Shown piece by piece: positions 52,808-64,000 of a stretch of 64,000 nt of DNA. The stretch covers positions 558,001 to 622,000 of the forward strand of contig NC_089433.1 of the NCBI RefSeq assembly GCF_026210795.1, given 5' to 3'. The position numbers were made by a program, and so were the translations under genes. Under the pieces are notes generated by a model. That model did no database searches. It was not told the origin of the DNA and saw only the letters and a program-made list of their open reading frames with translations. The DNA is from Rhizophagus irregularis. Its lineage: Eukaryota. Each line of letters begins with the position of its first letter. Within the stretch, counting starts at the first letter, position 1.

Positions 52808-55291
52808 CTTATGCAGTCTACACGAATTTCTGTGCAATGATGTAATCGGCAAGTCTGTGCGACAGGAGAAATGTAGCAATAAATGAAGTTGGATCGAGAA
52901 ACCACCTAAGAGGCGTATTCATGTCTTAGTCGAACTGTCCGTGTTAACCGCCTCTTCGAGCCGTGAACAGGAATTACTTAATCGAATTGCATCGTTGAAG
53001 GAATCGCTTAACAAGTCAGTCCATGGTACTTGGATTGGACACTATTACCCGCAGCAAAATCTTATTAATATCACAGCTGAGCGAGATCAAATTAAATGCT
53101 GAAAATAGGCGAGTAGAAGTTCTTAGACAACAATTAAGGAATAACAGAAATCAGAATTTACGGATACAGCGATTATTAAATGAATCTCAGGGAGAGCGGG
53201 ATTTGGCCATCCTGACATGATACTATAATGAGAGAGATGCATATGGAGATTGTCGGCGAATAGCTCAACAGAGGCAGGCGCGAATTACCACATTATTGCA
53301 AGAAAAATTTGCCTTTCGATTATTAAGCCAACTCAGCACAATGGTACTCAAATTGCTGAGCATAGAAGAAATGCTCACAGAATGACTGTACACTATAATA
53401 ATAATCATGATAGAGAGAGATGGAGAAGAAGGCATGCGGGTTGTACTCTCCAAGCCCGAATTGGAAAGGCCAATATCGGAATGTACAGAACAGTAAACAT
53501 CTAATCTATTTACCCTTCCTGGATTATAATTAGGAATTGTTAGCTGGATAAGAAAACAAATTAGCTTTCATAATGAGTGAGAGGCGCCGGGATCATAAAA
53601 AAAGAATTTAAGATATTGTAGCAGGAAAATAATCAGGAAGGCGCAAATAGGCAAGAAAACAAATTAGTGATCCTGATCACTGATCAGTGAGGGGGCTAAA
53701 GTACTGTACATTCTAAGTGATCATATAACAGGAATTCAGTAACTCGGGCTTAAAGCCTTGAAAACAAAATTTGCAATCCCTGGGATATTTTGGCGAATTC
53801 TAGTATAAAATAAGTCGTATAGCTAGAGCACAATCGATTGGGTAATACCTAAATCCACTCCCCTCCTGTTGCTGAAAAAATATAAAACTATGTATACTGT
53901 ATAGACCTACAAAAATTAAAGCCAGCAGCATCTCACAAACTAACATTTTTTCGGTGATACAAAAAGTTATGTTGTACGTTATCTGCTAAATCCACAGACA
54001 GTTATTCTCGGTAATTTTTTGCAGATAAATTGACAGTTACCATTTCTCTATTGTACAAGCATAAAAGGTATTTATTTGAGACTTTTGTCTGATTTGGCTT
54101 GCCATAATATTGACGAAATATTTAACGACAGATATTCGGAAACAGATATTTATATAATTGAAAACAGATATTTATTTGATTAGAGACAGGTATTTACTTT
54201 ATTTGAGACAGATATTTACTTGATTAACGACAGATACATATTTGACTAGCGACAGATATTTATTTTATTAAACAGGTATTTTACTTGATTGCAAACAGAT
54301 ATTTATTCGATTGACGACAGAAATTATTTATCTAACTGCTAAATACAATTAGCATTATATCTACTAACTGCTAATAATATTCTCAAGATACAGTAATTAC
54401 CTGTTAATATAATTTAGGTTAACTGCATCACAAGTAGTAACATCTATTCCAATCTATTTTAAAATTAACATATTCAGACAACAATTACAAAAAAGCAGGG
54501 TTTGACAGTTCTGAATATTACGATAGTAAAAACCTAAAAAAAAACATCACCTTTATGAATTATAAATTGTTGATGGACTGATGATGATTTGAATAATGAT
54601 CAAGAAGATTGAATTTTCGATTCTTTCTTTTTTTTAATATATTCTAATTCCGATAGTATTTAGATTATATTAAAATATTTTATAAATGAAGTAATACAAA
54701 AAATCTTATTTTTCATTTTAAATTCATTATACTTTATATTTTGGATGGAATTGATTCTCATCTCGATATTTATTCAGTAGTCGAAGTAACGACTCTAGCA
54801 TCGCCACCGAAAAGTAGCCGGATTTATTTGCCGGTTACATGTACTATATATCGAACTTTATTTTTCTACAAATAGAAATTTAAAGAATTTTTTTTATAGT
54901 CATAGTTTTGAATAATATACTGCGATGTGCTTATGTTTCTAATATAATTATTCCCAATACATTGCATAGTTTGATGATTTTTAGCAATTTAATATCTTTT
55001 CATTTTCTCCAATGACAAAATTTGAACATTTTTTAATCATAAATTAAGTGACTCTTCTTTTAAATATGAGTTTATAAAAAAATTATAGCGAAGAAAAGAA
55101 AATTTTAAATTGATAATTGAGAATGATTATCCAAAATCACATGTAACTGGCTGGCAATGCTGAATTATCACGTGTACGGTACACTGTACTTTCGCAATTC
55201 TAGTCAAGCAGTCAGAAATATCGATGTATATATATACATACACATATATAATATATGTACAGTATGTATAGTAATTGTGCTAAAGTATATA

Positions 55292-55592
55292 GATAATGAG
55301 TATGATATAACCTTCGTTGTATGTATGGTATAGTTTTTTATTTTATACAGTATAGTTTTTTTATCCGTACTGTATAACCACTCTAATCTTTATATTTTAA
55401 ATAGCTAAATCCCTAACCCTAACCCTAACCATAACCCTAATTCTCCTAACCCTAACCCTAAGTCTTACCCTAATCCTTACCCTAATCCTAACCTTAAAGT
55501 AACAGTATACTGTATAAAATTAATAACTACACAGTATAGGCAATAAAAAACCATACCATACATACAATGGGGGTCATATCATACTCATTATC
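55292..55592. mobile_element. MITE with ~55-bp imperfect TIRs enclosing (CCCTAA)n repeats
   Basis: GATAATGAGTATGATAT..TTGTATGTATGGTAT versus ATACCATACATACAA..ATATCATACTCATTATC; CCCTAA units 55411-55495. Confidence 0.8.
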
Positions 55593-57710
55593 GTATTACC
55601 GATTGTGCTATGATGTCCTTCCATATTTGAATAGATTAATTTTCTTATTCTTTTTCCCGAAAAAACGAATCGGTAATATAATTAAATTACAGTATCATAT
55701 CTATTAATACATTTCCAATAAAAAAAAAGTTATAGTGTTATCATCCTAAAAATTTTATTTGAATTTATTGACAAGATGACAAGATTTAAATTGATCCTTT
55801 AACTTATTGATGTCAAAATAATGGAATTTTCTCAAAAAACATGTCATAAAAATTGTATTAATATTATCATAATTTAAGTTTTCAAACCAAAATACAAAAA
55901 AACATGAAAAGTATCTTACTGTAACCGCCAATGAAACATTAACTGCGGGAATGCGGGATCATCATCAGTTTAATAAAACTCTTGGTGCGGTATACCGATT
56001 GAATAATAAATAAATATTTATTTACAGCTGTTATCATAAGTTACCAGAGAACCCAATAATATAATTTTTACTCTGAGTATTGGAGTATCTCTCGGCATGT
56101 GATTTGTGTAATAACCCAAACATTCGAAGTGGACCTTTGACTTTATGCATGATCACATGATCAATCACTTGAAGTGATTTTGACACAATTTTTATACACT
56201 TTATTTGATGTTTGATTCTAACATAATTTTTTATACTTTAACTATAACCAACAAATTTATATAAAATAATCCTCTCTTGTTTCGTTCCTTCTCTTCCTCT
56301 CATTCTTATCATTTCCAGCGAAGTAACCTATCTTCTACTTCGTAGTTTTCTTATCCCTACCCTTTTCAAAAAGTTTCTTTTAAAAATTATTTTATATTTT
56401 ATTTAACCTTACTTTTATATATATTTGCTGGTTAAGATACTTTTCTCGCACTCTCTCCCTTGGGGTGAGATAGTAGTTGGGCATAGGTTCTTGCTAAAGT
56501 GAATTCGTCCCTAGTATGATTTATAGGCAGAAGTAAAAAGAGGTAAGAGACCTGTTCCTTACTGATAACACACGCGTCATCTCAGGATACCGAATCATTA
56601 TAATTTAATGGTTAAATTATAATGAGGATCTTCTCTTACATGGCAGAACCATGGAAGTATGTTAAGTGGGATGATTAGTATCTGATTGGCGGCCCCTTAT
56701 AAGGGTGACCTTATATTCCTTAACTCTACTGATAACTATTTATAAATTACCCTTTTACTAATTTTTCGTTACAGTGACCCGTGTTACTCATACATCGGTT
56801 CTTTTTAATTTTATAGGTGTTTTTCTAATAATCGGTGGATCCCGAGTTAAATGCGGGTCAATATGATTGATATTTATTATATTTTTTAATTTTATTTCAC
56901 TTTTATGAATGTAAAAAAAAAGTCCACTATTATAATATAAAATAAAATGTAGAAGGTAACGAATATAATCACTCAGTTATTTTTAAGATAAAATCTGCAC
57001 TATGAAAGTGAAATTTTAAGTAAATTATTTATCATAAAAAAATAAGAAATTTTTAAATTTTTCCATAATTTATTTTTTATTGTCAATTTATAAGGTGGGG
57101 CAGTCACGTCTTAACCAATTAATTTATTTTTACTTTGATTTTTTTAATTAACGTTATTATTAGAATATACTATGCTATCGTAAGAATTTCGTCTAAATAA
57201 GAATAAAAAAAATAAAACTAATTTTATAATAAATTTCATGATATTATACTGTAAATTTAGTTTGACCTGCACTCTGCCTTCATAATTGAATCTATCGTGT
57301 TGCTTTGTATTTTTTTTTTGTATTTGATTGTACATATTATTTTGTAATAGAGTATCACTCTTATCACTTTTTGATATCACGTTAACGATGCTGCAATTTC
57401 TTTAGTGCTTTTATTAAGATCGCTGGATTATGGTTAGAAATTATTTTTATTATCCAAATTACGAGTATAATCATACAAGTTTCAATTAGCGGTATTGGAG
57501 AAATGTCTTGAACAATCCGACAAATATTAACGAGAAACAATATCTTAATAAGCTGTTTACAAATTACTTTTGAAATTGAATTACAATTAAACAATAAACG
57601 AACTTGAATAAGCAGTAAAAGACAAATTATAAATAATTTGTTAAACAACACGTTCCAACCTTCTTTGTTTTATCTTGTTCCTTCATTTTTATTCCATATT
57701 TTTATCGTTT

Positions 57711-58962
57711 TCATACATTATCTTCAATTTTTATTTTCTTTTGGGCTTCCTGTTTACTTTCTTCAGCCTCGATAAATTCACTAAAATTCCTTTTAACTTT
57801 AATTTCTTTTTCTTCAGTCTTAATAGCTTCAAATTCATTCTTTACAAATTCACTTTTAACTTTCTCCTCAGACTTAGTAACTTCAAATTCATTCTTTATA
57901 AATTCATTTTTAACCTTAATTTCTTTCTCCTCAGTCTTAATAATTTCCAATTCGCCTTCTTTTTCTATCTTTATTGGGACATCATCAAGAAGAATATTCC
58001 TTGTACGTAACCAACTTGCTGGTCTATAATGAATATGTAAAACAGCAACTGGAATTGTTAAAATACTTTTAAGCATTTTATTTGAAGCCATTTTAATATC
58101 TTGACTTTTTTGAAAACCTGTAGAAATTTTTATTCCCATTTCAATTCCAGTTGATTCAGGAACTTGTACTTTTTCTACTTGATTTTTAACATAATTATCC
58201 AATTTTTCAACTTCTTCAACTATATAAAAGTAAACTGATATAGCACCAATTCCTCCAAATATTGATTTTGTACTTGAATACTTTATATTATTATTATTAT
58301 TATTATTTGAATCTACTTCATTATTATCATTTATCCAATTAGTAACATCAAATTTAAATAAATGTTTTTGTCGTTTTTCATCAAAAAATCCATCTTTTCT
58401 TGATTTTGGTGTAGATTTTTGAATTTGTTTACAAGTATGATCCCATTTTCCATCAATAAATAATTTTGCTTTAAGTATTATACAAGATGATGATGATGAG
58501 AAATGATTAGATGAAGCACCGAATTGTACAACGTAATTCGTTCCAAGTTCTTCAACAGCTGCATAATAAATTTTATCGCTATATACCAAGCAAAAGTTCA
58601 AAGTAATTAAAGTAATTTTTTTAAAGATATCAAAAAAAAAAAAGAAAATTAAATATCTTATTTGTATTCTTTTTTTAAAAAAATCAAGAAAATACTAATA
58701 CTATGTTCTATGTATACCTTTTAATCTTTCTTCCAGTTTTCATATCGAGTACGTATGAAGGTCCTGTAGTCATCTATTGTCATTGGAGAAAAATTGAGAA
58801 AATTGATGTGATAAAAAGTTCATAATTACAGTAACTTTTTTTTAAAAAAACAAAAAGATATAACATCATATAACATACGATTCTTTTATTAATATGTTCG
58901 CTACATTCTTTTAATGGTTTGTTGTTTACTAATATCTTTAAAGAAAATCCTGAATATATCAT
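57711..58962 (-). CDS. Hypothetical protein, 3 exons (58962-58879, 58773-58718, 58578-57711), ~335 aa, with C-terminal K/E-rich repeats
   Basis: GT-AG introns keep the frame; LVNNKPLKE, LFIDG, GAISVYFY, IHYRP pattern recalls fungal DUF7918-type proteins (unverified). Confidence 0.75.
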
Positions 58963-60519
58963 TTTTTTATTATTATTAGTAATATAAATGGGTATTCAGT
59001 GTTAAAAAAAAAATAAATAACGGAGTAAAGTAAAAAAATGAAAGATTCAAATAAATAAGTGTGAAAAAATTTTTTTTTTTTTGAAACGTAAGCTCAACCT
59101 TTTTAGAACATTTAGAACAAATAATATAATTATATTGTGATGACATAAAATAAACTTGACACGTGTTAATGAACAATATATTATATAAAACGCGTTTACA
59201 TCTGCATGGTAAATCATTATAACACACATGGCATACATGACATATCTAGAGTGATACATTTGCTGTATGTCAGATTGTTTTTAAATTCATTCATTGAAAT
59301 TATTAGAGTTTGAAGTTGCTATGAAAATTTGAATGATTTTTTAAATGCTTTTTATTTTTTTGGAATACTCGAAAGCTCTCGTAAAAAAATATGGAAGTTA
59401 GGTTAACGCGTGTTAAATTAAATTATATCTGATATGGGAAATTTTATTTTATGTGATTTTTAATAAAATTTTACTGCGGTTATTCAAAGATCAAAATTTT
59501 TACCATAATATCTAATTAAAAGTTAAAGTATAAATAAAGTTTAAAATTTTCTATTTCTAAATTCTAATCATGTTATGATAAAGCGGAGAAAAAATTTTTA
59601 AATCGCCATCGGTGTAACACTGTAACACGCAAGAAAGCACTGAAACCAATCTTAAGATAATAAATTGATATCAAAATATAAAAGAAAGAACAATTGATAA
59701 CTTAATCGCAAACAGTCAAATCTTTTCAACTCAGCTATTTCATACGAATTTCATAGCAATATCAAATGCCGCCGGGTTTTACAGGTTTTAAGCACGGCAA
59801 TTTTTTCTATTCTATAATTTCAGTGCTTTCTAAATTCTTCAGTTCTTTTATATTCAAGTCTATCCTTCGTTAATGTACTATAGTACTTTACAATTTGTTC
59901 GTATCGATATTGGTATAAAATATTTTAGTTTTTCCTAAATTGTTTGACTTTGATCACATTGATCACGTGACTGTTTAATATATCCACGAGAAATGCTTTT
60001 TGATAACGACAGAACTTTAGTACTTTACTAAATGTGTCAAAATGCGAGTTGAATAATAACAAATATCTATATAAAGTATCAAACTGAAATATAGCCACGT
60101 GATCTGCATTAATTTTGCCTGAAATTTTATTAATTCCGGTCGAAATTAGGATTAATCAGTTAGTTGCCAACATTGTCAGCCATTTTTACTATACAGAATC
60201 CTTTCAGTTGTAATGTATTTTCCTGAGTGGCATAAAAATAAAGTTAAAAAGCAGGATCGGACGAATATCGAATAATATTAGGTAATAAGAAAAAAAAATA
60301 GAATCGATTGAAAAAACAAACTATGTATACTGTATAGATCTGCAAAAAAAAGTGGATTATCTGTTATGTTCGCCGCAAAAATTAAAGCTAGCAGCATCTC
60401 ACAAACTAACACTTTTTTCAGTGATACAAAAAAGTTTGTTGCACGCTATCTGCTAAAAGCACAGACAGCTAATTTTTTCTATTCTTGGTAATTTTAACAT
60501 TTCTCTCTATTTGTAACAC

Positions 60520-61110
60520 AAGCAGACAGATATTATGATTAACGAAATATTAACGACAGATATTTGAAACAGATATTTGTGTGATCGGGATACAGATATT
60601 TATGTGATTGGAAACAGATATTTATTTGATTAGCGACAGATAAATATTTAACTAGAGACAGATATTTACTTGATTAGAGACAGATAAATATTTGACTAGC
60701 GACAGATATTTACTTGATTAGCAACAGATAAATATTGACTAGCGACAGATATTTACTTGATTAGCGACAGATAAATATTTGACTAGTAACAGATATTAAT
60801 TTTATTAAACAGGTATTCTACTAGATATGTATTTGATTAACGACAGATACATATCTGACTAGCGACAGATATTTACTTTATTAAACAGGTATTTACTTGA
60901 TTACAGACAGATATTTATTGATTAGAGACAGATATTTATATGATTGACATATTATGCAGATATTATATTAAATTAGAGACATATATTTATTGATTAGAGA
61001 CAGATATTATATGAATGATATTATATTTGATTAGAGACAGATATTATATACAGATTATTATTTTATTAGAGACAGATATTTATTGATTAGAGACAGATGT
61101 TATAGTTGAT
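60520..61110 (+). repeat. ~20-bp tandem array (GACAGATATTTACTTGATTA); shorter versions at 54125-54320 (+) and 39285-39475 (-)
   Basis: Seen directly within three copies of one dispersed repeat. Confidence 0.9.
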
Positions 61111-64000
61111 TGACAGATTGACAATAGAAATTATTTATCTAAATATCCGATTGAATTTAATGTTTCAGATTTTTTAATATCCAATGATGATTACCTGTTA
61201 ATATTCAGGTAAATTAACTGTTGAAGTTCAGATAAATTTACCATATCTGATATCGCAAGTAGTAACATAATATTTCACGTGCATTTACAGATCATTTTTT
61301 TTTACTATTTCAATCTATTCTAATCAGGATTTTTTAAATTTTATTCTTTTTTTTTTTAAAAAAAAAAGAAAAAAAATATTTTCAGATTATAATAATTTTC
61401 AAATGTTCTTTATGCAATCAACAATTATAAAAAGAAAAGTATGAGTTTTGATAGTTTCCGAATATTATCATAACAATAAAAAAAAAAATCTTACAATATA
61501 AAAAAATATTACCTTTGTCTTTTTGATTGAAAACTGTTGAAAAAAAAATTTGTTGGGAACTTGATGATGATCCTGATGATCCCTTTTTTATGGTTTTTAT
61601 AATTTTGGTTATTCAATTGTTTCATTTTGAAATAAAAAGATGATCAAAAAAAAAAAAGATTTTGGATTTTTTTCGGATTTCTTTTTTTATTTTTTATTTT
61701 CTAATTCCGATTATTTTAAAAATATTTTTTTTATTTTTATTTAATAATATTTTTATTTTTATTTTTTTTAAATGAAATACCTAAATAATATAAATTTTAC
61801 GCCTAAAAGTTAATACGTTTTTGGATTAGTTTCTTTAAAAAAAATTTGTTAAAATTTGGATTAGTTTCTTTGAAAAAAAAAGATTTTAGTTAAAAAAGAA
61901 TCTCATTAATTTCTTTGAAAAAATCTCTTTTATTTTTACATTTTAAAAATTTTCTTTATACCTTTATATTTTTGGTGGAATTGATTCTCGATGCCTCGAT
62001 ATTTATGATATTTATGACAGTTAGTAACTCTGGCAGTAATAACTCGGAAAAATTCGGACTAAATCACTAGCTTCCGAATACGAAAATTTGTAGATTTATC
62101 ACGTGTACGGTATACCTTTACTATGAAAAACCTGAAACGGATAACGGATACATAAGATAATCAGTTGCACGTTGGAGAGATTAAACATTTTTATTCCTTT
62201 TACCGAAAAAAAAACGAATTTATTTTTTAAATTGATAAATTAAGTTATTTTATCGATAATTAATAATTACAGTTAATATATTTTCAACAAAATTAAAAAG
62301 TTCTATATCATTATTTGGCAAGATTTACATGCCTAAAAATTGATCCTTTAACTTATTAATGTTTAAAAAATCGTTACATTTTTAACTTTATTAATATTTA
62401 ATAATTATTTTTTTAAAAAATATACAAATATACAAAAATATTAAAAAAAACACCCATGAATTTTCTTAATTTGGTGATCCATCAGTAAACCATTGGACAA
62501 AAAAAAAACAATTTACTCTTTTAATACGTGAAAAAAAAAAACTTATTCCTCATCTAATCCTATTCCTAACCCTAACCCACATGCCTTATTTCTTACCTTT
62601 TTTTAAAAAATCCCTTTTCTTCCTTTTTCTTTTTTTTTAGAATTTGATTATTTCCTTAAAAAAATTTAAATTTTGATTATTTCTTAAAAGTAACTTTTCT
62701 TTGTGCTTTTTTTTTCTTACCTTTTTTTTTAAAAAAAATCTCTTTTCTCCCTTTTTTCTTTTTTTTTAAATTTGATCATTCCTTTTTCCCGCTTTCCATC
62801 ATTTTCTATTAAAAAATTCTATTAAAAAGTAAATATTTCATATGCTTTTTTGTTCTTACCTTTTTTTTAAAAAATCCCTTTTCTTTTATTTTTAAAAATA
62901 AATTTGATTATTCTTTTTTGCCGCCAATGATCAAATTTATGGTTTACCGACAGTTCACCATACTAAAGCTTATTACTATAACGGTTAAGCTATCCCAAAA
63001 CCCCCAAACCTCAAATTATCATTTCGCCACCGATTATTCTTATAATAAATCATTATCATTTATTATACCAATAACTTAAAGTTATTGTAACTGCTCTTAA
63101 GAGGATCCGAGGCTTGTGGAGTTTTTTTATTCAAAGGATGCCTGGATGCCTTGCCAGAGCCTTGCCGGCTTGCCCCAAGAAAAATCTTATTTTTCATACT
63201 TACTAGGAGAGATATGTGTAGTATGGTTCCAAACATTCCATATTGTTTCGTATGGTTTCGTATTTAGCTTGACATTCTTAATGTCAAACTCATAATGGCA
63301 ATTGTTGTGGTCAAATTTGCCATTTTTCAAAATGACTTTGGTTATTTGCGCTATAAAATTTAAAGAAAGATTGACACCATTAAAAGTCATCTTAAGTATC
63401 ATTTCAAATGACCCTCGCCAACGCTGATATGATCATAACGCTGGTAGGATCATTGTAATTTAACACAATGTAGAGGGGCTTAATAGAATATCTTATTTTC
63501 TTTTCACGATCATATATATATACCTGTCCGCACTTATATAAATAATGATTTTTTGGGACAAATTAATTTTAATAAGTTGAGTAACAAAAAAAGATTTTAT
63601 TGAAAAAAATATATATATCATGTCTGATATACAGTGACTATACTATATCCGTTAAATTACTATAAAAAATTTTCTTTCCAATACTTATAATAAAAGCATT
63701 CGTAATCATTGTGTTAAATCAAGATAAACTATTTAATTTGAAAATTTTTTTTAATTAGATGAATATATATTTACGGTATATACATATAAAAAAATTTTTA
63801 TTTAAAAAAAAACATACCTAATTTCATTCATTTATATCATTGTGAGAGTATTGGGGGTAAGAAACAAGAGGAGATGCCTGGTAGTGGGTCTCATAAGAAA
63901 AGTTGATTGCGTAGTGTTATTTCCAAATGTAACCGTTAACTCGGTTTTTTCTTTGGCGGCGCGAATTTTGCCGCAGTCGCCATCTTAAACGAGAAATTTT

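Noticed and set aside
55411..55495. True telomere
   Set aside because: Short, degenerate, internal and enclosed by TIRs.
60520..61110. CRISPR-like array
   Set aside because: Units are contiguous degenerate copies without unique spacers; eukaryotic context, no cas genes.

Overview
AT-rich, intron-containing eukaryotic DNA. The BTB-BACK-TLDc genes, tyrosine-kinase-like kinases and SAM/Crinkler-like remnants suggest an arbuscular mycorrhizal fungus (Glomeromycotina, Rhizophagus-like); this is inference. The window is mostly nested mobile DNA. (1) A ~9.5 kb rolling-circle element (17385-26919, +) carries a 2-exon putative OB-fold accessory gene and a RepHel gene broken by one TAG. Its Rep looks Helentron/Helitron2-like, but its ends appear to be 5'-TT and 3'-hairpin+CTAG. 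(2) A near-identical back-to-back copy (8374 to beyond base 1, -) is interrupted by a 4.65 kb TIR transposon. That transposon has an 8-bp TSD (empty site visible in the sister copy), AGG-starting TIRs and an 8-exon P-element-like transposase. (3) Further Helitrons, one inserted at an A|T inside a BTB gene, plus MITEs, a hAT element, a solo-LTR-like element and LINE/hAT remnants. (4) An inverted pair of BTB-BACK-TLDc genes, kinase pseudogenes, a PD-(D/E)xK nuclease fragment and one intact 3-exon hypothetical gene. No rRNA, tRNA or CRISPR was found. All comparisons were made by eye and family names come from motif recall, not database searches.
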